Shown one piece after another: positions 48,095 through 58,139 of a DNA stretch of 64,000 nucleotides (positions are counted from its first letter, which is position 1; each line of letters starts with the position of its first letter). The DNA lies in assembly GCA_041666185.1 (NCBI GenBank), contig JBAYHL010000001.1, positions 153,619 through 217,618 of the forward strand, in the 5' to 3' direction. This DNA is from Patescibacteria group bacterium. GTDB lineage: Bacteria > Patescibacteriota > UBA1384 > UBA12157 > JAENIV01. Under the pieces are notes generated by a model. That model was not told the origin of the DNA. It made no database searches and saw only the letters and a program-made list of their open reading frames with translations. Both the position numbers and the translations under genes were made by a program.

Positions 48095-49608
48095 TCATTT
48101 TTTTGTTCTAGTTTTTTTAAATATTCTTTATGATTTTTAATAGCTTTTTTATACAACCAAATATACTTCTTGGCTGATTTTTTCCATGAAAAATCTTTTT
48201 TCATACAATTTATTTGCATTTTACGCCAATGTTCTTTCTGATTATAATAAGTCTCAACTGCTCGACCAATTGCTTTTAGAAAATCTTTCTTTTCGTAATT
48301 TTTAAACACAAAACCAGTTTTCCCGTCTCTGACAGTGTCAGCCAACCCACCTGTTTTTCTAACAATTGGAATAGTACCAAAACGCATGGCAATAATTTGC
48401 GACAAACCACACGGCTCAAAACGCGAAGGCATTAATATCATATCCGCTCCGGCATAAATTGTTTGAGCAAAATTAGTATCAAATTTTTCGGCGGCTATTT
48501 CTTCTGGATGTTTTTTTTCTGCTTTAATAAATACTTTTTCGATATTTTTCCAACCCGAACCCAAAACAATAAATTGTCCGCCCATATCCAAAAGATCTTT
48601 TAAAACATCTTCAATTAAATCAAGACCTTTTTGTCCTGTTAGCCTAGAAACCACACATACAAGAGGCAGATCAGCCGATTGGGTTAGTCCAAGTTTTTTT
48701 TGCAAAAATAGTTTATTTTCAACTTTTTTATCCAGACTCTCAATCCAATATTTAACCGGTGTGTCTTCATTTGTTCTTGGATCAAAATCATGATAATCCA
48801 TACCATTTAGTATGCCAGTAAAGTGATCCTTATTAACTTGTAAAAGTTTTTGCAATCCTGCCCCATACTTTTTAGTTAAAATTTCCTTTGCATAAGTTAC
48901 GCTCACCGTATTAATCATGTCTGCGTTCATAATCGCTTCGGCTGTTAAATTTATTTCATTCTTTTTTAATAATTTGTTTGTTGGTCTAAAATCTTTTCTC
49001 TTAAGACCTAGCTTTTTAGCAACATTTATTTTGCCTATTGGTTGGGTAGCTAAATTATGAATAGTTTCTACTGACGAAATATCTCTTAAAAATGGGTCGT
49101 CTTTATAAATAGTTCTTATCCACTTCGACATCAACGATTCAAAACCATCATGATAATGAATAACATCGGGATGCCAATCGAAAGCCTTCAAAAGTTGGAT
49201 AGCAACTTTTGAAATAAAAACATATAAGAAATAAGGTATCTCATCATAAGTTTCACCAATATCATTTAGGACTACCCCATTAGGATAAATACTCTTTGGA
49301 CACTCAATTAAATAAACTGGTATATACGTGTCTGGCAAACAAGTTTTCCAAACAGAAATTTTTACCCATTTTTTATTATCGGGCATCTTTACTTTCATGT
49401 CCTTAATGATTAATTCTGCACAATATTTTTCAAGATCAATTGTTTCGTATTTAGCCATAACGATTCTGATATCAACAGGATATGTTTCTGCTAAAGCTTT
49501 TGGTAAATAACCAACAATGTCACCTAAGCCACCAGCCTTAGCCAAAGGAGTGAGCTCAGTTGTCACGTGAAGTATTTTTAACCTTTTTTGGTAACGTATT
49601 TTTGGCAT
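48091..49608 (-). CDS. glgA: Glycogen/starch synthase-like GT5 glycosyltransferase
   Basis: N-terminal KAGGLGDIV motif and GT-B C-terminal motifs. Confidence 0.8.
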   Translation of the reverse strand: MPKIRYQKRLKILHVTTELTPLAKAGGLGDIVGYLPKALAETYPVDIRIVMAKYETIDLEKYCAELIIKDMKVKMPDNKKWVKISVWKTCLPDTYIPVYLIECPKSIYPNGVVLNDIGETYDEIPYFLYVFISKVAIQLLKAFDWHPDVIHYHDGFESLMSKWIRTIYKDDPFLRDISSVETIHNLATQPIGKINVAKKLGLKRKDFRPTNKLLKKNEINLTAEAIMNADMINTVSVTYAKEILTKKYGAGLQKLLQVNKDHFTGILNGMDYHDFDPRTNEDTPVKYWIESLDKKVENKLFLQKKLGLTQSADLPLVCVVSRLTGQKGLDLIEDVLKDLLDMGGQFIVLGSGWKNIEKVFIKAEKKHPEEIAAEKFDTNFAQTIYAGADMILMPSRFEPCGLSQIIAMRFGTIPIVRKTGGLADTVRDGKTGFVFKNYEKKDFLKAIGRAVETYYNQKEHWRKMQINCMKKDFSWKKSAKKYIWLYKKAIKNHKEYLKKLEQKNE

Positions 49609-49621
49609 TTTCTCCTCCTTT

Positions 49622-50611
49622 TTAATATCCTGTTAAATGTTTCTTTCGCCAATTCCAATCAGTAAAAATAATCGAATCTAAACTCGAATATTTTAGATCC
49701 CACCCTAAAAGTTTTTTAGCTTTTTCGGCTGATGCTACCGATACTTCAATATCACCTTCACGTTTCTCAATGTTTTTAGTCGGAATTTCTTGACCAATAA
49801 TTATGCTTGCTTTATTAACAATTTCTTTAATAGAAAAACCTGTCTCAGATCCTAAATTAAAAATCTCGCCAGTACATTCACTTATTTTTTTTAATGCTAA
49901 AATATGAGCCTGGGTAATATCTTCAACGTGAACAAAATCACGAATTGCTGTACCATCTTTTGTATTATAATCATCCCCAAAGACTTTTAAAGTTTCTTGT
50001 TGCCCTAAGGCAACTTTCATAATATTTTCAATCAAATCCTGACTTTGAAGATGGGATTTTCCTAAAAATCCCTCCTGATCAGAACCACCAACATTAAAAT
50101 ATCTTAAAACTATATATTGTAAATTTTCAACTTTAGTTAAATATTTTTCAAAGTCTAATTTAGTTTGACCGTATGGACTCGTGGGATTGGTAGGATGATT
50201 TTCATCAATAGGAGTGTACTGGGGGCCACCATAAACAGCCGCTGATGAAGAAAAAATAAATTTACTGATTCCCGCTTCCGTCATGGCCTCAATTAAGTTA
50301 ACGCTATTAAGATAATTCTCTTGATGATATAACTCTGGATTTTTAACTGATTCGGCAGCATCGATCTTGGCAGATAAATGCATTACCACATCGATATTTT
50401 TACTTTTCAAAACTTCTGTTAGCGTTTCAATATCCGCTAAATCACCTTTAATAAACTCGAACTCACCATAATTATCTTTAATTATTTCTGCGGCTTGAAT
50501 AAAACCAGTTGATAAATTATCAAAAACCACCACTTCGTAATTTTCTTTAAGCAAATTTTTAATCAAATGACTGCCGATATAACCAGCGCCACCGGTCACA
50601 AATATCTTCAT
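49622..50611 (-). CDS. galE: UDP-glucose 4-epimerase
   Basis: GGAGYIGSH Rossmann motif and the YxxxK catalytic dyad. Confidence 0.88.
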   Translation of the reverse strand: MKIFVTGGAGYIGSHLIKNLLKENYEVVVFDNLSTGFIQAAEIIKDNYGEFEFIKGDLADIETLTEVLKSKNIDVVMHLSAKIDAAESVKNPELYHQENYLNSVNLIEAMTEAGISKFIFSSSAAVYGGPQYTPIDENHPTNPTSPYGQTKLDFEKYLTKVENLQYIVLRYFNVGGSDQEGFLGKSHLQSQDLIENIMKVALGQQETLKVFGDDYNTKDGTAIRDFVHVEDITQAHILALKKISECTGEIFNLGSETGFSIKEIVNKASIIIGQEIPTKNIEKREGDIEVSVASAEKAKKLLGWDLKYSSLDSIIFTDWNWRKKHLTGY

Positions 50612-51432
50612 TTCACTTCTTTATTAACAAACCTATCATCCTGCCAAAGTTTACGACCATCCGGGCTTAATATATTTTCCGCAATTTCTGGAAGAGCATA
50701 TTTTTTAGCATCATCAATATCAATAATAGGAATATTATTTTTTATTCTCGTCTTCATGATAAAATCGTGCATCTTATCAAAATTTTTAATACTAACGCTC
50801 CCTGGATTACGACGATAATTAACTAAAATTTCTTCAGTGTAACAAAATTTTCCACCAGCATTAAAAATCCTTAAAAACATATCGTAATCTTCAGATAAAC
50901 TAAATTCCGGATCATAACCACCAACTTCTAAACATTTTGATCGCCTAAAAGCGGTTCCTGCACCAGTCATGAAGTTAAACATCTGAAAAAGGTTAGGGTT
51001 AAAAGGTTGAAAAGTTGTTGTCCAACGCTTTTCTTCCTCGGCAATAAAATATTCTAGATTACAATAAAAAGCGTCACCTTGATTTTCGGTCATTATTTCA
51101 TAAGTCACCCGAGCACGTTGAGGCCGATTAATATCGTCTCCATCAGCAGTGAGCATGATGTCACTTTTAGCATTTTTAATGGCTAAGTTCCTAGCATGAC
51201 AAATTCCTGTCTCACCTTCAGGAAGTTCAAAATAAAATATCCTATCGTCTTTGAAAGATTTAACCACTTCTTCAATTGGTTCATCACTATGATCATTAAC
51301 AATCAATGCTTCCCAATCTGGCATGTCTTGGTCTAAAAAAGATTGAATTGTTTCTTTTAATTCGTTTGATCGATTTTTAACACCGGTAATAAAACTTACT
51401 TTAGGGGTCATTGAACAATCCTCCAATAGCAA
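50608..51432 (-). CDS. Glycosyltransferase family 2
   Basis: GT-A fold DxD (ADGDD). Confidence 0.8.
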   Translation of the reverse strand: MLLEDCSMTPKVSFITGVKNRSNELKETIQSFLDQDMPDWEALIVNDHSDEPIEEVVKSFKDDRIFYFELPEGETGICHARNLAIKNAKSDIMLTADGDDINRPQRARVTYEIMTENQGDAFYCNLEYFIAEEEKRWTTTFQPFNPNLFQMFNFMTGAGTAFRRSKCLEVGGYDPEFSLSEDYDMFLRIFNAGGKFCYTEEILVNYRRNPGSVSIKNFDKMHDFIMKTRIKNNIPIIDIDDAKKYALPEIAENILSPDGRKLWQDDRFVNKEVK

Positions 51433-51519
51433 TTAATAAATAATTTTATTATAATTTGATAGAGATATTGATTCGTTCTACTTAATTTCAATGTAACATA
51501 CAATTCGTAAAGGATAAAG

Positions 51520-52302
51520 ATGAATAAACCAAGCATTTCTATCATAATGCCAGCTAAAAATCGAGAAATTGAGATAAAAGATACGATCAACTCGATTATT
51601 AACCAAACTTTCAAAGATTGGGAATTAATTGTTATCGATGACCATAGTACCGACAAAACAGCGGAAATTATTAAAAATTATAAAAATCCAAAAATAAAAT
51701 ATTACTATCTATTAAACGGTACTGGTCCTGGTGCCGCTCGAGATTTTGGTATTAAAAAAGCTCAAGCTGAAATAATAGTCTTAGCTGACTCGGACGACAT
51801 AAACTATCCTTATCGACTTGAAAAAACTTACCAAACTTTCAAAAAAAACCCTGAGATTAATATGGTTTATAGCCCAATAGAACGCTTGGAAATTAATGGT
51901 CAAAAAACCCTCAGACCAAGCCAAGAGTTCGATCCAGAGTTACTTTGGTGTTATAACTATATTTCCCAACCAACAGTATCATTTAAAAAACAGGCTTACT
52001 TGCAAGTTGACGGCTATGACTTTGCTTTAAGAACTTCTGAAGACTATGACCTTTGGCTACAATTTTTAGAAAAAAATTGTAAATTCAAACTTATCAACGA
52101 ACCGCTTGTCTCACAAAAGATTCATGAAAAAAGCACGCTTTTGCAAACCGAACTTTTGAAACGCAAGAAAAACTTAGCCTATGTGAGAAAAAAACATTCA
52201 CTCAAAACTCCGGATTTTGAAAATGTTAAAAAATTAGTACAAAATAAAGATTTACTAGAACTCATTTCCGCACCTGGGGCAATCGATTTTTGGTTTAAGT
52301 AA
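51520..52302 (+). CDS. Glycosyltransferase family 2
   Basis: SIIMPAKN and DxD (DSDD). Divergent from the upstream GT2. Confidence 0.85.
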   Translation: MNKPSISIIMPAKNREIEIKDTINSIINQTFKDWELIVIDDHSTDKTAEIIKNYKNPKIKYYYLLNGTGPGAARDFGIKKAQAEIIVLADSDDINYPYRLEKTYQTFKKNPEINMVYSPIERLEINGQKTLRPSQEFDPELLWCYNYISQPTVSFKKQAYLQVDGYDFALRTSEDYDLWLQFLEKNCKFKLINEPLVSQKIHEKSTLLQTELLKRKKNLAYVRKKHSLKTPDFENVKKLVQNKDLLELISAPGAIDFWFK

Positions 52303-53386
52303 TTTGAGCTAAAATTTTTTCATATACTTTTTCGTATCTTTCGACCATTAATTTAGCTGAAAAATTATCTTCAACATATTTACGACAATAGTTCCTGTCA
52401 ATTTGATCTATTTTTTTGACAGCCTCTGCCATACCATTAACATCGTCTGGCTTTACCAAAAAACCAACTTTGCCATCAACAATCGCTTCCGATGTTGCCC
52501 CTATGTCAGAGCCGATAACAGGTGTTCCACAAGCCATTGATTCTAGCATTGTCATGCCAAAGGCCTCAACATGCTGAATCGGAAAGAGAAATGCTTTAGC
52601 GTTTTTATAAAGTTTCACCTTTTGTTCAAACGAAATTGGTCCAAAAGAATCAATCGGACCAATAAATTCTATTTTCTCAGATAAGTGTGGTTTGATTTCA
52701 CGATCAAAAAAGTCAGCAGATTCAACATTACCAGCAATCTTTAGTTTCATTCCTAGTTTTTCAGCAACTTTTATTGCCGTTGTCACACCTTTAGGATCGG
52801 TTTTTTTACCATCAACTTCCACAAACTCTTTAATGCGACCAAAAAATAACAAGTAATCTTCTGGTGAATCATTAAAATTAAATTCCTCAACCTCTATACC
52901 GTTATAAACAACATCTTTAAAATTAACGCTTGGTGCGCTTTCTTTTTGAAATTCAGAGACAGCCATAAAATTTACTTCTGGATGAGCTTCAAAATTTTCA
53001 ATTAATTCTGGCCACATATAAAGATGTGGTGTTACGACTATTGGTGGTTTTAAAAGTTTAGTATAGGTAATCGGTAAAACTTCTGGATAAAGATGACTGT
53101 GAATAATATCAAATTCTTCATCTCTTTTAATTAGCTCATCCATCATGCGACAAAGATAAATTATATGTTGGTAAAAAGGGTTTTCCGCTTCCTTCATTTT
53201 GTAAATTGAAGTTGGTGAAATTTTAATTAAGTCTCCAGAAACGTTCGAGTCACCTGTACCAAAAACCGTTACTTTGTGGCCTTTTTCAACAAGACCTTTG
53301 GCTAAATCATAAACAATTCTTGGTCTTGAGCCACGAGAATCAATTTCAGCCGCTCTTGTAAGTGGTGCTAATAAAGCAATTTTCAT
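52295..53386 (-). CDS. Glycosyltransferase family 4 (GT-B)
   Basis: EAFGMTMLESMACGTPVI (E-x7-E motif region). Confidence 0.85.
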   Translation of the reverse strand: MKIALLAPLTRAAEIDSRGSRPRIVYDLAKGLVEKGHKVTVFGTGDSNVSGDLIKISPTSIYKMKEAENPFYQHIIYLCRMMDELIKRDEEFDIIHSHLYPEVLPITYTKLLKPPIVVTPHLYMWPELIENFEAHPEVNFMAVSEFQKESAPSVNFKDVVYNGIEVEEFNFNDSPEDYLLFFGRIKEFVEVDGKKTDPKGVTTAIKVAEKLGMKLKIAGNVESADFFDREIKPHLSEKIEFIGPIDSFGPISFEQKVKLYKNAKAFLFPIQHVEAFGMTMLESMACGTPVIGSDIGATSEAIVDGKVGFLVKPDDVNGMAEAVKKIDQIDRNYCRKYVEDNFSAKLMVERYEKVYEKILAQIT

Positions 53387-53401
53387 TTTGCTCCTTTAAA
53401 A

Positions 53402-54625
53402 TTATTCTAACCAAGAAAGCAACTTATCCAGTTCTGCTTTTTCTTGCTGTTTTTTAATTACATGCTTAAGAGCTTGGCGATAAGAATCACGCATTGCTCC
53501 AGCCGCCTTTTCCCAAGTAAATCTTTCTTCAATTAATTTGCGACAACGCTTACCCATTGCTAACCTTAACTTATCGTTATTTATAATTTTATTAACTTTT
53601 TCAGCAATTTCTTTCGGGCTACGTGGTCTAACTAAAAAGCCTGTTTTACCATCTTTGATAACATTGGGAATTCCGCCAATCCGAGACGCAACCACGGGAG
53701 TTTTAGCCGCCATCGCTTCTAAAATAACAAAGCCTAAAGCCTCCCTTACGGTTGAGGGTACAACCACAACATCAGCCCGAGTATAAAATTCTCGCAGTTC
53801 CTTAACATAATCTTTGCCAAAATATCCCAAAAAATGAACGTTTTCAATTTTCAGTTCTTTCGCTAGCTCTTCTAATTCTTTTTGATAATCACCACCACCA
53901 AGAACATAAACTTCGGCTTGAATATTTTTAGCGGCTCGAATTAGAAATTCAATACCTTTTTCTTTATCTAATCGGCCAACAAAAATCACTAATTTTTTAT
54001 CTTTCAAATGATATTTTTTATTAACAATTGTTATTTGTCTATCAAGTGGATACAAGCCTAAATCCACACCGGGAAATACTGTTCTAGTTTTTCTTCGAAA
54101 GGTTTCCCCAAAAAGAGAATAAAATCTATTTTTAGTATCAAAACTATTTGGGAAAATTCGACTTGCTCTTGTAAGCGAATGCTTTGTTAATAATTTTAAT
54201 CTGCGATCAACCAAAGCTGTGTTTAAATCTGGTCCATGAACACTAACAACAAAAGGAATGTTATACATTATTTTTATATAATCAGCCACCCAAACCAAAA
54301 AAGAAACATGTTGAACATGAATAATGTCCGGTTTAAAATCCTCAACAGCCTTTACTGTCTCTTCCAAATACGGCAATAAATATTTCGTAAATTCCAAGCT
54401 TGTCATTTCAGAATATTTTTTTGCCATTGGGTAGTCCGGATGATTGTGAAAAACACCTGGGAATGGAGTTTTTACATTAAAAATTTTGACTTTAGATAAT
54501 TTGTGATCGTCGGGACAGACAATCGCTACCTTGTCTTTTTTAACTAATTCTTCTGCTAATTTTCTAACATAAGTGCCACTTCCCGAACCCCATAGTGGCG
54601 CTCTGTGTAATATTAATATTTTCAT
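53402..54625 (-). CDS. Glycosyltransferase family 4 (GT-B)
   Basis: EALGFVILEAMAAKTPVV. The start at MKILILH (54625) avoids overlap with the upstream gene. Confidence 0.85.
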   Translation of the reverse strand: MKILILHRAPLWGSGSGTYVRKLAEELVKKDKVAIVCPDDHKLSKVKIFNVKTPFPGVFHNHPDYPMAKKYSEMTSLEFTKYLLPYLEETVKAVEDFKPDIIHVQHVSFLVWVADYIKIMYNIPFVVSVHGPDLNTALVDRRLKLLTKHSLTRASRIFPNSFDTKNRFYSLFGETFRRKTRTVFPGVDLGLYPLDRQITIVNKKYHLKDKKLVIFVGRLDKEKGIEFLIRAAKNIQAEVYVLGGGDYQKELEELAKELKIENVHFLGYFGKDYVKELREFYTRADVVVVPSTVREALGFVILEAMAAKTPVVASRIGGIPNVIKDGKTGFLVRPRSPKEIAEKVNKIINNDKLRLAMGKRCRKLIEERFTWEKAAGAMRDSYRQALKHVIKKQQEKAELDKLLSWLE

Positions 54626-54635
54626 AGTTTTCCCT

Positions 54636-55673
54636 TTACTCTTCTTCCCAATCCTTTGGTGGCATTTTTCTTTCAATACCTTCAAGTGCTTGGCGGATTT
54701 CACCTTCGTCTGCCGCATCAATGTCCTCGATACCATGTTGCCTTAAAACTTCTTGGACATTTTCTTCAGCACTCAAAATATTTTTCAATTGTTCTGGATT
54801 CTTAATAAATTTTACATTTGGCAACCAATATTCCGGAATCTCGTCTAAACCACGGCTCCAACGTTTTTCACCCTTTTCGTAATCTAGTAAAGATGTACCT
54901 AATCTTACTTCAGCAATTTTTTGCCTCTCTTCATCTAAATCCTTCAAAACTTCTTGGCGATAAATTTGATTTTTTTCATGGCCAAAATAATTATCAGCTA
55001 TTTTTTGATAACGTTCGTCAATTACAGAAACAACTGGTTCCACACCTACACCCTTACCGCTTGCTCCCAACTTATTGGCCAATTTAACAATTCGGTCAAT
55101 ATGGAAATTGTTTGAAAGCAAAGCCGTATTTTGATATTTACCTCGATTTGCTTCTAAAAAATTAATTGTGTAAGCAAAATTTTCAATCGTATTGGTAGCC
55201 TTATCTTCTAAAAGAACATGTGGTTCGGTATTTTGCCATCGAGCTTCAATTTCGTTTGCTACTTCGTCATCACTTCTGCCTTCTTTTTTAAGATCTCTTG
55301 TCCACCAATTTTCTAGCTTATGATGAAAATAGTCTTTCATTAATTGCGCTTCGGAAGCATTGATTCCTTCTTTTTGTTTAACAGTTCCTCCAGTTAAAAT
55401 TACATCCCCAACCTGGCCATCCATAAACAATTTTGCTGCTGCCATAGTTCTTAATTTTGCTCCCAAAGGTAATCGCCAACTTTTTTCTGGCTTTCCGATT
55501 ATTTCTTTTCCCATTGCTTGTTTTTCTAAATCTTGATCAGAAACAATACCAAAACCAAAAACCACCAAAGCATCAATTGGTTTTTTAGTTTCCTGTTCAA
55601 TTGATTTTTCATATTCTAAAGCTGCTTGTTTTTCTTCTTCTGATTTAAATTGTTCTGATTCAAAATTTTCCAT
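54636..55673 (-). CDS. DUF218 (YdcF/ElyC/SanA-like) domain protein
   Basis: DALVVFGFG...ATNTIENF core with long acidic N- and C-terminal extensions. Confidence 0.65.
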   Translation of the reverse strand: MENFESEQFKSEEEKQAALEYEKSIEQETKKPIDALVVFGFGIVSDQDLEKQAMGKEIIGKPEKSWRLPLGAKLRTMAAAKLFMDGQVGDVILTGGTVKQKEGINASEAQLMKDYFHHKLENWWTRDLKKEGRSDDEVANEIEARWQNTEPHVLLEDKATNTIENFAYTINFLEANRGKYQNTALLSNNFHIDRIVKLANKLGASGKGVGVEPVVSVIDERYQKIADNYFGHEKNQIYRQEVLKDLDEERQKIAEVRLGTSLLDYEKGEKRWSRGLDEIPEYWLPNVKFIKNPEQLKNILSAEENVQEVLRQHGIEDIDAADEGEIRQALEGIERKMPPKDWEEE

Positions 55674-56651
55674 TTAAACCTTCTTTAAAAATTGAGCTGC
55701 TAATTCTGGGGAAACAACATCAATAACAATTCCTGAGCCCATCTCATAACCACCGAATTTTGAAACTCTCGGAGCAATTTCTAAATGCCAGTGGTAGTAA
55801 TCATCAAGATGATCTTTTTTAGTTGGGCTAGTATGAACCCACCAGTTAAGTGGCGGGGACTTTAATGATCCATTTAATTTCGAAAGGCATTCATAAGCTA
55901 TTCTACCCATATTTTCAAGTTCTCCTTGAGAAATATTTTCAAAAAATGGTGAATGTTTTTTAGGCAAAACCCAAATTTCGAAAGGAAATCGCGATGCAAA
56001 AAAAGTAAAAGCAATGAAATCTTCATTTTCACTAACCACACGACAATTTTGATTTTTTTCTTCTTCAATCATAGCACAAAAAACACACTTACCCTTATCA
56101 AGAAAAAACTTTTTTGAACCAGCTAATTCATCCTCAATCAAATTAGGAATAATTGAGGAAGCAAAAAACTGTGAATGTGGATGCTCAATTGAAGCCGCCG
56201 CTTCCGGTCCCAAGTTATGAATCGGCATAGCGTATTCAATCACTGGATTCTTTTTCCAAAACAAATACCTATCTTTGTAAACACCGAATAGCTCTGTCAA
56301 TGGTTCCCACCCACCTTCATAAACCTCTGTTTCGTGATCTTTAAAAATAATCACTTCATGGCCACCAACTGATTTAGTTGAAAAATAAAAATCATCACTT
56401 TCATTAATTACTTCTTCATCACCATCATTAAAAGCTGGATATTTGTTTGGAATAACGTAAATATGATCTGTTTCGGCATCCTTGATAGAAAATTGATAAG
56501 CACTTTTAGGATTGGACAAACAAAATGGACATTCTCCGTCCATATGTCTTTTAGGTGCCGACGCCATTACAAAATCTTCTGGACGTTTTGCCCGCTCAGG
56601 GGCAATGACTACCCATTTACCAGTAATAATATTTTGCCTTAATTTTGCCAT
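55674..56651 (-). CDS. galT: Galactose-1-phosphate uridylyltransferase (HIT superfamily)
   Basis: HPHSQ active site and CPFC zinc site. The MAKLRQ start follows an AGGGAGG Shine-Dalgarno sequence. Confidence 0.85.
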   Translation of the reverse strand: MAKLRQNIITGKWVVIAPERAKRPEDFVMASAPKRHMDGECPFCLSNPKSAYQFSIKDAETDHIYVIPNKYPAFNDGDEEVINESDDFYFSTKSVGGHEVIIFKDHETEVYEGGWEPLTELFGVYKDRYLFWKKNPVIEYAMPIHNLGPEAAASIEHPHSQFFASSIIPNLIEDELAGSKKFFLDKGKCVFCAMIEEEKNQNCRVVSENEDFIAFTFFASRFPFEIWVLPKKHSPFFENISQGELENMGRIAYECLSKLNGSLKSPPLNWWVHTSPTKKDHLDDYYHWHLEIAPRVSKFGGYEMGSGIVIDVVSPELAAQFLKKV

Positions 56652-56740
56652 AATTCCTCCCTGCAAAATTCCGCGACAAGCGTAAGCTTGTCTATATTTT
56701 GTCTAAGTTTTGCCATTTCGCTCCTTTTATAAAATTTGTT

Positions 56741-57259
56741 TTAAGCTTTTAAGTTATTTTCTATATATTTATGATAATGAGCCATAGCAATCGCTAAAGC
56801 ATCAGCGGCATCATCGAAACCATCTTTTTTACCAGAACTAACATTTCTAACAGGATTTAAAGCTTTTTTAACTTCTTCTAAAACTTGCTTTTTATCCGAT
56901 CTTCCGTAGCCAGTAACCGCCATCTTAACCTGTATAGGTGTATATTCAAATGTTTGAAGGGCTAATCCCTTTTTGGCACAAGCCAGCAGTATTACACCTC
57001 TAGCCTCAGATATTTTCATAACCGTTTTTTGATTATTAAACATAAACAATAATTCAATAGCAATCTGATCTGGCTGAAAGCGTTCTATTAAGTTTATTAT
57101 ATCATTAAAGATTATATTCAATCTCTCTGCGTCAGTTTTGAGTTTATCTGTTTCATTACAACCATGAGCAACCCAAGAAAACGAACCATCTTCATCAGAA
57201 ACATCAATTACGCCGTAACCACAACGAGCCGTACCCGGATCAATTCCTAAAATTCGCAA
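56741..57259 (-). CDS. ruvC: Crossover junction endodeoxyribonuclease RuvC
   Basis: MRILGIDPGTARCGYGV N-terminus, RNase H-like fold. Confidence 0.92.
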   Translation of the reverse strand: MRILGIDPGTARCGYGVIDVSDEDGSFSWVAHGCNETDKLKTDAERLNIIFNDIINLIERFQPDQIAIELLFMFNNQKTVMKISEARGVILLACAKKGLALQTFEYTPIQVKMAVTGYGRSDKKQVLEEVKKALNPVRNVSSGKKDGFDDAADALAIAMAHYHKYIENNLKA

Positions 57260-57296
57260 ATCAACCTCCTTAAATTAACAAAACTTTGAGAAAATA

Positions 57297-58034
57297 TTAA
57301 AGTTCTGCTACATGGTCTTTCGTATCGAAATTAGCATAAACTGCTGTTACATCATCTAAAGTTTCAAGTGCTTCCATTATTGATAAAATTTTTTGCGCTT
57401 CCGTTTCAGAAACTATAATTAAATTCTTTGGTTCCCAAGTTAAAGATGCTTCTTGAATATTAACAAATTCTCCCTCTAAAGCACGCTTAACTTTTTCTAG
57501 TTCTTGTGGCTGCGTATAAACTGCTAAAACATCTCCTTGCTCTTCTAAGTCTCTGGCGCCAGCATCAATAACCTTTAATTCTAAATCTTCATGATTTTGG
57601 TCAGCTAGATTAATAAGAAGCTTGCCCATTCGATCGAATTGATAAGTAATTGCTCCTGAACTAGCAAGTTTTGCTCCTGCTTTTACTAAAACATTTTTTA
57701 TTTCTGAATTAGTACGATTATGATTATCGGTAACAGCTTCGATCACGAGACCTGTGTTTGCCGGCCCAATAGCTCCATATAAAACCTCTTCAACTTTTGA
57801 ATCCCCAATCTCGCCAGCACCACGTTTAATTGCCCGTTCAATTGTTTCCTTTGGCATATTGGCTGAGCGCGCTTTTTCAACTGCCATTTTTAAAGTGAAG
57901 TTAGAGCTTGGGTCACCACCACTACGAGCGGCTAAAATTATAGCATTTGTGAGTTTCGAAAAAGCTGCTCCACGCTTAACATCGGCAGCACCTTTCTGAC
58001 GCTTTATCTGTGACCATTTACTATGTCCTGACAT
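57297..58034 (-). CDS. yebC: YebC/PmpR family DNA-binding regulatory protein
   Basis: MSGHSKWSQIKRQKG N-terminus. Full-length match. Confidence 0.93.
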   Translation of the reverse strand: MSGHSKWSQIKRQKGAADVKRGAAFSKLTNAIILAARSGGDPSSNFTLKMAVEKARSANMPKETIERAIKRGAGEIGDSKVEEVLYGAIGPANTGLVIEAVTDNHNRTNSEIKNVLVKAGAKLASSGAITYQFDRMGKLLINLADQNHEDLELKVIDAGARDLEEQGDVLAVYTQPQELEKVKRALEGEFVNIQEASLTWEPKNLIIVSETEAQKILSIMEALETLDDVTAVYANFDTKDHVAEL

Positions 58035-58139
58035 AATACCTCTTGCTCAATATAACCTTAAACGCATTTTTTTTCAACCTTAATTTGACTTTTTTGTTTT
58101 CTATCCATAATATCTAATCATCACATACTGGAGAAAAAA

